DNA of 55,022 nucleotides. It comes from Thermoplasmatota archaeon. Its GTDB lineage: Archaea; Thermoplasmatota; Thermoplasmata; Thermoplasmatales; Thermoplasmataceae. The stretch is from the NCBI GenBank assembly GCA_023379345.1, contig JAMCUV010000104.1, forward strand, positions 1-55,022, given 5' to 3'. Made by a program: the position numbers and the translations under genes. Of this stretch, positions 11,105 to 19,716 are shown piece by piece. The notes under the pieces are model-generated. The model saw only the letters and a list, made by a program, of their open reading frames with translations, was not told where the DNA came from and did no database searches. Numbering within the stretch: the first letter of the stretch is position 1; the number at the start of each line of letters is the position of its first letter.

Positions 11105-11547
11105 TGTCTAAGGGGAAAATCGAGACGGTTTTCATGGCAATGGTCATAGTTGTCCTGGCTGTCTTTGCAGTTGCAAATTACGCAGCCATAATGCAGACCA
11201 AAGGATCTATTGCGCAGGATGCTTCGCCTGTCACCAACGCCTCGGGAGAGGTTATCCATGTCATTGGCCACCAGTGGGCGTGGACGTTTATCTATCCAAA
11301 TGGCACTCAGGCCGAGAACAACCTTGTTGTCACTGTAAATACAAGAATTACCCTTATTGTCAATTCAAGCGATGTCATTCATGATCTCTACATCCCCCAG
11401 ATGGATATACAGAGTTACGCAGTACCTGGACAGAACAATACCGTTTCATTTACTCCCACCAGCACTGGTCAGTTCTTTTTTGAGTGTGTGGAATACTGCG
11501 GTGAGTTTCACTACGAAATGAGAGGATACCTGACGGTGATCAGCTAA
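11101..11547 (+). CDS. Haem-copper oxidase subunit II (CuA domain)
   Basis: One N-terminal TM helix, HQWAWTF, and the CuA ligand pattern CVEYCGEFHYEM. Confidence 0.9.
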   Translation: MMSKGKIETVFMAMVIVVLAVFAVANYAAIMQTKGSIAQDASPVTNASGEVIHVIGHQWAWTFIYPNGTQAENNLVVTVNTRITLIVNSSDVIHDLYIPQMDIQSYAVPGQNNTVSFTPTSTGQFFFECVEYCGEFHYEMRGYLTVIS

Positions 11548-13226
11548 TGGCAGATTATTCAACCCTAATGCTGACATCCGGTGTAATCCTGTCCCTTATA
11601 GGTATTGTCGCGTTTGCAATCTACTATATTATAGCCGACAGGAAGGCTAAACTTGCTGAAATGGCCAGAGAACGAGGCTATCAAAGCACGGCACAGTTCT
11701 ACAGGGATTTTGTTGCTAACAAGAAAAGAAGAATATCATGGAATATCATGGTAGACAATGACGCAAGAAGCCTTGGACTAAGGTACCTTCTCACCTCCAT
11801 TTTGTTCTTTTTCATAGCAGGAACGTTCGGACTGGGGATGAGACTCAGTCTAACATACAACGTTCCACAGACATTTTTTACATTCCTTACTCCAGACGCC
11901 TACAACATCCTTCTAACAGAACATGCAACACTCATGATTTATATGTGGGCCGTAGGAGCTGCTGTGGGTCTTGGTTACTACCTGTTGCCTTCCCATCTTA
12001 ATCTCACAAGAGACGGCCGGGGCGGTTATTCTTCCATTGCCTACTGGATCTGGCTCTTCGGTGCAATAATATTCCTGTTGTCCAGATCATCCTTCAGATG
12101 GTATCTGTACCCTCCGCTTTCACTTCAGCTCAGTCAGAATGGGGGCGGACTCTTTGCCTGGATGGGCATTCTTGGAATGATCTTCATATTTATCGGCCTT
12201 TTGATCGTCGCCATAGTCATTGTCCAGATCATCCTGTTCGACAGAAGCAAGGATATCAAGCTTGGCAAGATGTCTCTGTTTTCATGGAGCATTCTTGACA
12301 CCGCCCTGATGATGATAGTCTCAATCCCGCCCATTCTTGTGGGTTTAACGATGCTGATGTATGATTATTATGCTCCCATATTCTTCACGGCTTCAGCCCA
12401 CAACGTCCTGCTTTTTTTGATCCTGTTCTGGTGGTGGGGCCATCCTATTGTATACATTGCTGTCATTCCTTATTTTGGAATCATCTACGAGATTATTCCA
12501 AGATTCACAGGCACCAGCATTTACAGTTACAGATCCGGTGTACTTGGTCTGGGATTGCTCACCATTCTAAGTATGACCGTATTCGGCCATCACCTTCTTA
12601 ACTCAGGTCTTGGAGTGGCCTGGGATATCCTGTTTGAAACCACCTCTTTCATCGTCGTGATACCGTCGGCAATCACCGTTTTCAACTGGATTGCAACGTT
12701 CTGGCAGGCCAACAAGATCAGGCTTACCACTCCCATGCTCTTTGTCCTGAACGGAATTATAGATTTCATAATAGGTGGTATAACCGGTGTAATGCAGGTT
12801 TATCAGCCCGTAAACCAGCTGGTTCATGGGACTTACTGGGTTACTGCCCACTTTCACTTCATATTTATGGGAATAACTGTGGGCATAACGATGGCTGCGG
12901 TTTACCTGCTCTTCCCACTGATCACAGGGGGAAGGATGTATAATGTACTCTTGGCCAGGGTACATTTTTACCTGACCGCTATTGGGTCCATGCTCATGTC
13001 AACGGCCTGGGCCGTGGGAGGGTTTCTGGGGATGCCTAGGGCAGTTGCTGGGTACTTCAGCTGGTTCCAGGCATATCAGGATGCTTCAATCATAGGCGGA
13101 GTCATAATTGGAATAGGGCAACTGGTATTCCTTGCCAACTTTGCAATGAGCTGGCTCAAAGAGCCGACAACATCTGACGAGTCAATACTGGAGAAACCGT
13201 TTGCGGTCCCTGGAGTTGATGCCTGA
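11547..13226 (+). CDS. Haem-copper oxidase subunit I
   Basis: 559 aa with at least 12 TM helices. Contains WWWGHPIVYI (CuB His plus cross-link Tyr) and HFHFIFMG (haem ligands). HPIVY in place of HPEVY resembles B-family oxidases. Confidence 0.92.
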   Translation: MADYSTLMLTSGVILSLIGIVAFAIYYIIADRKAKLAEMARERGYQSTAQFYRDFVANKKRRISWNIMVDNDARSLGLRYLLTSILFFFIAGTFGLGMRLSLTYNVPQTFFTFLTPDAYNILLTEHATLMIYMWAVGAAVGLGYYLLPSHLNLTRDGRGGYSSIAYWIWLFGAIIFLLSRSSFRWYLYPPLSLQLSQNGGGLFAWMGILGMIFIFIGLLIVAIVIVQIILFDRSKDIKLGKMSLFSWSILDTALMMIVSIPPILVGLTMLMYDYYAPIFFTASAHNVLLFLILFWWWGHPIVYIAVIPYFGIIYEIIPRFTGTSIYSYRSGVLGLGLLTILSMTVFGHHLLNSGLGVAWDILFETTSFIVVIPSAITVFNWIATFWQANKIRLTTPMLFVLNGIIDFIIGGITGVMQVYQPVNQLVHGTYWVTAHFHFIFMGITVGITMAAVYLLFPLITGGRMYNVLLARVHFYLTAIGSMLMSTAWAVGGFLGMPRAVAGYFSWFQAYQDASIIGGVIIGIGQLVFLANFAMSWLKEPTTSDESILEKPFAVPGVDA

Positions 13227-14802
13227 TATGAATGATAAGGCCGCAGGTAAACTTGTTGGAGTAATTTTTGCAGTCATTATCCTGCTTGCAATGGGCGCCA
13301 CGCTATTCACCACAGTGAATTATCCTGTATCTCAGACTTTCTCCTTACCCTCTGCTCCCGCGCATCCCCCACATGAAGTCAACATCACCTTATATGCCGA
13401 TGCCAGTGGATGGGACTACCTTCACGGACCAAGCAACCCAACCATTACTATCCTCAATGGCACGCTTGTTCACTTTACTGTTATAGAGGAGGACAATCAA
13501 CCACATACTCTTACCATCAACCCTGGTTCTTCAGAATCCAGTTATTCCGATACCCTGCTTTCCACCTCACAGATCACAACCACTCCCGGTCACATATCAT
13601 ACGTAACCGCTTATTTCGACACAGTGGGAGTCTTCACTTACTGGTGCACCATACATCCAACCACAATGGTTGGCCTTATAAATGTGGTGTCCTCACTTCC
13701 GTCTAATGTTTATAAATTCCCAACTCCCCCTTCAAGCGCCACCGTTACCGCACATGTATCGCTGACCGCAACAAATTCTGGATTCACCAGCAGCAATGGT
13801 ACAAATCCAAACCTCTTCTTTGGGAACGATAGTCTCGTGAATTTCACGATCATCCAGAATGGAACCAGTATGCACGACTTTATTGTTGCCCCAGGTGACA
13901 ACGTTTCCAGTTTCAACTCCACGGTAATTAATGCCACGGAAATTGGCACAACGAACGGGAGATCAGTATCGGTTAACCTGTACTTTAACACAACTGAAGA
14001 ATTCACCTACTGGGATTCATATTATCCCTCGAAGACAGTTGGTCACATCTTCATCACCAGGAGCACCAGTACAGCCTCGATTGCGGTGACCGATCTTGGC
14101 CTTGTGACAGGCGGCACCCGAAACTGGACTTTACCAGTGGCCATTTCAACCGCCGTTGTCCTGCATTTTGAGGATACATCCAAACTGAACTACTCTGTCA
14201 TGGTTTCCTCGGACCGTTACTCTGCAGTATCGAACGGTACTTTGGTCTCAACCACAAATGCATCAACCAGCGTTGAAATTGCATCATACAACTTCACAAA
14301 AGTTACCCTTATCGACAACAAGGTTACCAGTGGCTCCACTGGGAACATCCTGTATTATGAGCACCTCCGGAACATTACGCTTTATGCAAACCACTTGGGC
14401 TGGAATTATTCTGTGGGATCTGTGAATCCTGTTTTCAACCTGACTCTGGGGACGATGGTCAATTTCACACTGATCAATGGGGACGGACTTAATCATACGC
14501 TGGCAATATCATATGGCAACCTTCCATATGCAGGAACCACTGAGAATGTAACTTCAGTAAACAGCACTGTGAAAACCTCCTTCGGCTACTTCCTGTTCCA
14601 AATGTATGGAACTTATACCTACTTCGATACATATCACCCATCATCAGCTGTATCCAGTATCAATGTTACAAACGAAACCAGTGCTTCTGCATCTGTTGCA
14701 ATACCTTTTACTCATATGTATGCATATCCATCGGAAAACAGTGGAACCCAGTATACATACGTCCTCTCAGGTACGGTCAATGAGCCTAAGAGATATAATT
14801 AG
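13219..14802 (+). CDS. Membrane-anchored multi-domain cupredoxin (sulfocyanin-like blue copper protein)
   Basis: N-terminal TM anchor. The first domain carries a complete type-1 Cu ligand set (QPH..., YWCTIHPTTM). It is followed by repeats whose equivalent positions are degenerate (YWDSYYPSKTV, YFDTYHPSSAV). I count 24 N-x-S/T sequons. The ATG at 13219 overlaps the end of subunit I. Confidence 0.8.
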   Translation: MPDMNDKAAGKLVGVIFAVIILLAMGATLFTTVNYPVSQTFSLPSAPAHPPHEVNITLYADASGWDYLHGPSNPTITILNGTLVHFTVIEEDNQPHTLTINPGSSESSYSDTLLSTSQITTTPGHISYVTAYFDTVGVFTYWCTIHPTTMVGLINVVSSLPSNVYKFPTPPSSATVTAHVSLTATNSGFTSSNGTNPNLFFGNDSLVNFTIIQNGTSMHDFIVAPGDNVSSFNSTVINATEIGTTNGRSVSVNLYFNTTEEFTYWDSYYPSKTVGHIFITRSTSTASIAVTDLGLVTGGTRNWTLPVAISTAVVLHFEDTSKLNYSVMVSSDRYSAVSNGTLVSTTNASTSVEIASYNFTKVTLIDNKVTSGSTGNILYYEHLRNITLYANHLGWNYSVGSVNPVFNLTLGTMVNFTLINGDGLNHTLAISYGNLPYAGTTENVTSVNSTVKTSFGYFLFQMYGTYTYFDTYHPSSAVSSINVTNETSASASVAIPFTHMYAYPSENSGTQYTYVLSGTVNEPKRYN

Positions 14803-15640
14803 GATCACCAAGGCCGAGATCACTTTTCTCATACTGGTAGTCGCAGTAACAGGCTTTCTTGCTGCTCCGGGTGCCTCGACGAGACTCATAATACTTCTGC
14901 CCCTGCTTGTGGCCGGAGGGCTGTCATCCATTTCTGCATCCCTTTTCAATAACATATACGACAGGGATATAGATGTCATAATGGCAAGGACCTCCTACAG
15001 AAGCAACATAGTCAACCAGGAGAATTACAGGAGGTTCATCGCATATTCATCGATTATTCTTATTTTTGCCAGCGCAGTTGCATATTTCCTGATAAATTTA
15101 CTCACGCTTCTCTTCATCCTGGGAGGCTTCGTCAGCTATGTCCTTCTTTATACAATGGTTCTGAAGAGAAGGACGTCGCTAAATATTGTCATAGGAGGCA
15201 TAGCCGGTAGCTTCCCTGCCCTCGCAGGATGGTCCGCGGTCACAGGTTCGGTTTCCTTGACGGCCATTTATATAGCACTCCTTGTCTTTGTTTGGACTCC
15301 CACTCATTTCTGGAGCCTTGCCATGGGGACAAAGAAGGACTACACATCGGCAGGGGTACCCATGCTCCCGTCGCTTGTCCCGGAAAACAGGGCTTTTGGA
15401 TACATCGTTGCTAACTCAGGCATAATGGTCATCTACAGTCTCCTGCCATTCTTTCTTCCTGAACTTGCGGTGGGGACGGCATATTTTTTCGTGGCAATAA
15501 TCCTCGATGCTATACTCATTTACTTTATGGTGGCCATCTATGTTAAGAACCTGGCAGCATCTTCCTTCAAGCAAGCATTTCACTTCTCAAACCTCTACCT
15601 CCTGGTGCTTTTGGTTTCCATCTGGTGGATAATTGCATGA
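14780..15640 (+). CDS. ctaB: Protohaem IX farnesyltransferase (haem O synthase)
   Basis: UbiA-family polytopic protein with NNIYDRDIDVIMARTSYR and a second Asp-rich region. Start set at the ATG at 14780, because the ORF extension upstream overlaps the cupredoxin gene. Confidence 0.88.
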   Translation: MSLRDIIRITKAEITFLILVVAVTGFLAAPGASTRLIILLPLLVAGGLSSISASLFNNIYDRDIDVIMARTSYRSNIVNQENYRRFIAYSSIILIFASAVAYFLINLLTLLFILGGFVSYVLLYTMVLKRRTSLNIVIGGIAGSFPALAGWSAVTGSVSLTAIYIALLVFVWTPTHFWSLAMGTKKDYTSAGVPMLPSLVPENRAFGYIVANSGIMVIYSLLPFFLPELAVGTAYFFVAIILDAILIYFMVAIYVKNLAASSFKQAFHFSNLYLLVLLVSIWWIIA

Positions 15641-17064
15641 AAGTTGCTTCCAGAGATCTATTGGTGCTGATCCTTACTGATCTTTCAATAGTTCTCTACC
15701 TTTACTTTCAGTCCATCTCGGGTTATCTCATAACGGAACCGCAGGCACTTCCCACGTTATATGCTCTGCTGGCCATACTGTTCATCCTCTCTGTTCCAGC
15801 TTCGGTGGCATCCCGACGTCTTCATACGTACGCCAGGTACCTGCACGCGTCGTTTGTCTTCTCGCTCATTGTGCTTCTTCTCCTGAATGAGCGTCTCATC
15901 GCGACCCCATTTATCATCATGCCGTTGCTTGTTTCGCTGATCACGTACGCAGACAGGTACCCGGGAAGGCGCAATTTTATTGTTCTGGCACTGTTCGTGG
16001 GGATAGAATTCCTGTTTGTTTTCATATCCGGCATCATCAGATACGAACCGGTCAGTGTGAATAACATCATCCTGGGGTCCATTTATGATGATGAGAACCC
16101 TGCAGGAGTCCCAGCCCTTTTCGCCTACAGCGACTATGTATCTTCAGGGCACCTTGTCATGACGCTGAGCCCCGTTTACCTCCTGCTTACGGGTTTTCTG
16201 GCGTCAGTCATTACCCAGAATTTCTCGATGATCTATAATCTGGTCTCAGGAACCGGGAGATATCTCAGACCAGACCTGGTGGGTTCAGGTCTCGTGCTGT
16301 TTTCATGCCAGTGCGAGGGCATTCTGGCTGCACTGCCATCGCTGGCATCCCTTGTAGTCAACCTCATATTCATTCCATTGATAGCAGAAAGCGCCATTCT
16401 GGTGGTGATGACAAACCTGCTCCTTCAGACCTATTTCCTGAGGAACCGAGGCTTTCCACCCTTCGAGAGACATAGGGAGCAGACCTCCATGAAGGCTCCA
16501 ATATATGCCATTCTGCTACTTGCTCCCATTATCCTGCTGATTTATGGCAGCTTGCTTGGGTGGCAGTACACCATATACTTCTTCTTTGGCATGAACATCG
16601 TCATGTACCTCGATGGCATGCTTTTCTTCATAATCCTTGCGAAGGTGGCAAATCTCAACCTCAAACCGGGTACATTAATGGCTTCCGGAATCTTCACCCT
16701 GTGCTCTACTGCAATGTTTGTATGGTTCATTCCCCCGCTTGTTGCCAGCGTGCTGCAGAACTTCGTTCTCTATGGAGTGATGATCCTTGTTACATTTGCA
16801 GCCGGCCTTGGAACGGGTTTCGTTTACTCCACCATCAGTACAAAATCCAGGGGGATTTACTGGGAGACCATTGCCATGATGATCAGCCTGCTTGCCCTTG
16901 TCATGCTCTACTATACGGCAGAGTTTGGGTATTCTCCATGGGCCTCATTCGGAGCATCTGAGGTATTTTTCTTTTCAATCGTCCTTGTGGCTTTATCCTA
17001 CCCTCTGCTGTGGATCACGACTAACGCTGCCCTGAGCAGGGTAGCCGCGGCAAGGGCTGCATGA
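15637..17064 (+). CDS. Polytopic membrane protein of unknown function (oxidase operon)
   Basis: About 475 aa with roughly 12 hydrophobic segments and a CQCEG motif. Both its start and its stop overlap neighbouring genes (ATGA junctions). No family recognised. Confidence 0.6.
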   Translation: MKVASRDLLVLILTDLSIVLYLYFQSISGYLITEPQALPTLYALLAILFILSVPASVASRRLHTYARYLHASFVFSLIVLLLLNERLIATPFIIMPLLVSLITYADRYPGRRNFIVLALFVGIEFLFVFISGIIRYEPVSVNNIILGSIYDDENPAGVPALFAYSDYVSSGHLVMTLSPVYLLLTGFLASVITQNFSMIYNLVSGTGRYLRPDLVGSGLVLFSCQCEGILAALPSLASLVVNLIFIPLIAESAILVVMTNLLLQTYFLRNRGFPPFERHREQTSMKAPIYAILLLAPIILLIYGSLLGWQYTIYFFFGMNIVMYLDGMLFFIILAKVANLNLKPGTLMASGIFTLCSTAMFVWFIPPLVASVLQNFVLYGVMILVTFAAGLGTGFVYSTISTKSRGIYWETIAMMISLLALVMLYYTAEFGYSPWASFGASEVFFFSIVLVALSYPLLWITTNAALSRVAAARAA

Positions 17065-17693
17065 CTATGGCTGAAAACAGATTCCTTCTCTACTTCATCC
17101 TGGTCGAGGCCTTCTTATTCGGCACGTTTTTCGGTACCCTGGCGTTCGAACGCAGTTCAGGTTTGGCAGGCCTCTTCTACGGATTTTATGTATATATCAC
17201 GCCCGTTCTGCTTCTGGGTCTGTGCCTTACAGATCCGGCTCTACGTGACAAACTCAGGTCACTAATAGTTTCCAGCGATCTCATCATTCTGATCGTCGTC
17301 ATCATTGGCTGGGGTATCGCCTGGCTGTATCTCGGCCTGAGTCCCTGGGGGCTATTTTTTCCATACGCCTTCATCGACGAGCTCAATTTCCGCTTCGTAT
17401 TCCAGAACAAGATCTCGGCTTATGCTGGCAGAGGCAGGGCAGTGATTTTGCAGGCCATTGCCTTTACAGCGCTGTACTCATCCTATGTTATTTTCGAAAC
17501 AGCAGGGTATCCCGGATTATTTCTTCCGCTGTTCTTCCTCGATATGTTTGGCATGGGAATGCTCTATGGTGCCTTATACTATCTCAGGGGAAACATATAC
17601 TCTGACATAGCCATACACATTTCGCTGTATGCAATGATCCCACTGCTTCCAGCATATCTCGGTTTTATTCCATATTCTCTCCTGCCCACGTGA
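17061..17693 (+). CDS. CPBP (CAAX/Abi) family intramembrane protease-like protein
   Basis: 210 aa and polytopic. DELNFRFVF matches the EExxxR-type motif 1, and a later HISLYAM resembles the HxxxN/D motif. Confidence 0.55.
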   Translation: MTMAENRFLLYFILVEAFLFGTFFGTLAFERSSGLAGLFYGFYVYITPVLLLGLCLTDPALRDKLRSLIVSSDLIILIVVIIGWGIAWLYLGLSPWGLFFPYAFIDELNFRFVFQNKISAYAGRGRAVILQAIAFTALYSSYVIFETAGYPGLFLPLFFLDMFGMGMLYGALYYLRGNIYSDIAIHISLYAMIPLLPAYLGFIPYSLLPT

Positions 17694-17695
17694 TT

Positions 17696-18835
17696 TCAGG
17701 CATGGAACTGTTGACCTACGGACCTCACCGCCGCCAGGACTTCCTTCCGGAGCAGCATGCTGTCTGGAGCTGTTCCTCCCCTGATTATATCCCTGACGTC
17801 CGTGCCGCTTATCCTGATTCTAGATGAGGGCCCGTGGGAGCACTCAGTTATAGAGGTGACCTTACCGCAGTCCTTACAGTAAGAAGCCTCCCCTATCTTC
17901 ATGATCTCAATGCCCAGGTCCTCGAAGGATTCACAGTTCCGCTGGGCATCAAGCGGTCCATAATAGTTGCCGACTCCAGCATGATCCCTGCCCACAATGA
18001 AGCGGGAAGCGCCAAAGTTCTTTCTCATAATCGCGTGCTGCAGTGCCTCCCTGGGTCCGGCATACCGCATTTCATAGGTGATGGGAGATATGAGCACCCT
18101 TCCTTCCGGATAATGGTGGGCCTGCATTGCGTCATATGCTGCGATTATGGCGTTATCACCGAAATCTCCACTTTTCTTTCTTCCGGTCACCGGATTTATG
18201 AATAAGCCGTCGCTGGATTCAAGAGCCTTCAGGTGGATGTATTCATGGCCCAGATGTGGAATGTTCCTCGTCTGGAATGCAGTCACCTGCTTCCAGCCCT
18301 TACGCCTGAAATATTCTCTTGTGTCGCCAGGATAAAGAATTCTGCTCTGAAACGGGAATTCAAATGGAAACACATACCGCATGGGCCCGGCAAGGATGTT
18401 TCCTCCACAGGACATGAACGCGGAAACACCAGGGTGCTTCTCATCTGTGGTTCCGAAGATGTGTCTGGACGCCTCCTTAAGATCAATCTGAAATTTTTCC
18501 GAAATAACGATGACAGCCACAGGTCCGTTGCAGTCATGGATCAGGATCTCTTCCCCTTCACGCCCCCCCTGATAGTCAGGCTCACTGACTTGAAGCAGCA
18601 CGGGGATTGGCCAGATATTTCCGTCGGGGAGCCGCTGTTCCTTGAGAACTGAATCCGTCTCTTCACTGGTGTTGAAGCCGGTCAGCGGACTGTAAACTCC
18701 GGTGGAAATCAGTCTCGCAGCGATCCTGGCCCCTTCCGGCACCATGATCCTTTGGTCTGCAGAGAACTCAAGAGCCTTCTCTGCATCTGCCACCCCGACT
18801 GAAACCAACTTTCCTCCATGGGGTTCTGGTATCAT
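17696..18835 (-). CDS. sat: Sulfate adenylyltransferase (ATP sulfurylase)
   Basis: 379 aa with QTRNIPHLGHEYI and GRDHAGVG motifs and a C-terminal Cys-rich zinc-like region. Confidence 0.92.
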   Translation of the reverse strand: MIPEPHGGKLVSVGVADAEKALEFSADQRIMVPEGARIAARLISTGVYSPLTGFNTSEETDSVLKEQRLPDGNIWPIPVLLQVSEPDYQGGREGEEILIHDCNGPVAVIVISEKFQIDLKEASRHIFGTTDEKHPGVSAFMSCGGNILAGPMRYVFPFEFPFQSRILYPGDTREYFRRKGWKQVTAFQTRNIPHLGHEYIHLKALESSDGLFINPVTGRKKSGDFGDNAIIAAYDAMQAHHYPEGRVLISPITYEMRYAGPREALQHAIMRKNFGASRFIVGRDHAGVGNYYGPLDAQRNCESFEDLGIEIMKIGEASYCKDCGKVTSITECSHGPSSRIRISGTDVRDIIRGGTAPDSMLLRKEVLAAVRSVGQQFHA

Positions 18836-19587
18836 TTCCGGTCAACCTTCGTTATGAACCCAGTATGAACATCTCCAGACTGTGTGTGGATTCCGCACTC
18901 CTTCTTTCCGCCTTCCCACCACCACCTCCCTGCCCTCAGGTCTTCGCCTGCTGCAACGGCCCTGGTACAGGGAGCGCAACCTATGCTGGGAAAACCCCTA
19001 TCATGCAGGGAGTTGTAAGGAACGTTATTTTGCCTGATATAGTCCCACAACTGCTGTGTGCTCCAGTCAGAAAGAGGATTTACCTTCAAAAGATGAGGCC
19101 TTACGGGATCGGAGGCGATCTTCACGACACTCGACCGTTCCTCAGACTGCTCCTTTCTTACCCCTGTGATCCAGGCGCTGTGGCTTTCCAGTTCTTCCTC
19201 CAGCGGAATGACTTTTCGGACCCTGCAGCACAATTTCCTGAGTTCCACAGACTTGTAGAATAGATTTGGTCCGTGAACAGTTACCATTTCGCTCAACTGC
19301 CCGGTGGCGGGGGTCAGAGTTCTGATCTCTATGTCATAAGTCTCCCTTACCGACTGCATGAGAGCATACGTTTCCTCGTGAAGTCTGCCGGTGTCCAGGG
19401 TGACGATCTCCGGCAATTCGCTTATCTCACCGCGCATGCGCACAATCATGTGCAGAATGACCATGTCTTCTGCTCCAAAGCTGCATGCAAACATCGACTT
19501 GTTTCCAAACGTTTCAGCAGTCCATCTTATGAGGGTCTCTGCATCCATAGATTCCTCCGTTAATCCTGATGCTTTCCACAATTCCAT
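18832..19587 (-). CDS. cysH: Adenylyl-/phosphoadenylyl-sulfate reductase (CysH family, Fe-S type)
   Basis: PP-loop-like fold with the C-terminal KKECGIH motif. The CC (LCCRVRK) plus CAPC cysteines are typical of [4Fe-4S] APS reductases. Overlaps sat by 4 nt. Confidence 0.88.
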   Translation of the reverse strand: MELWKASGLTEESMDAETLIRWTAETFGNKSMFACSFGAEDMVILHMIVRMRGEISELPEIVTLDTGRLHEETYALMQSVRETYDIEIRTLTPATGQLSEMVTVHGPNLFYKSVELRKLCCRVRKVIPLEEELESHSAWITGVRKEQSEERSSVVKIASDPVRPHLLKVNPLSDWSTQQLWDYIRQNNVPYNSLHDRGFPSIGCAPCTRAVAAGEDLRAGRWWWEGGKKECGIHTQSGDVHTGFITKVDRK

Positions 19588-19657
19588 TGCACCTTATCTG
19601 CCTGAGGAAAATAAGGCATATTATGTGCTACAACTCTTCATATAATCTGCATAATTT

Positions 19658-19699
19658 GCGTATATATGATATAGATACAGACATTATATTCATATACGC
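19658..19699. promoter_or_regulatory. Inverted repeat GCGTATAT-N26-ATATACGC in the cysH/comA divergent promoter
   Basis: Arms at 19658-19665 and 19692-19699 are exact reverse complements. They sit in a 129-bp AT-rich spacer with several TATA-like boxes. Confidence 0.35.
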
Positions 19700-19716
19700 T
19701 GTACCGCTCTCTCACA

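Noticed and set aside
14606-14779. N-terminal 58-aa extension of the ctaB ORF
   Set aside because: It overlaps the 3-prime end of the cupredoxin gene in another frame. The ATG at 14780 begins the conserved UbiA-family sequence.
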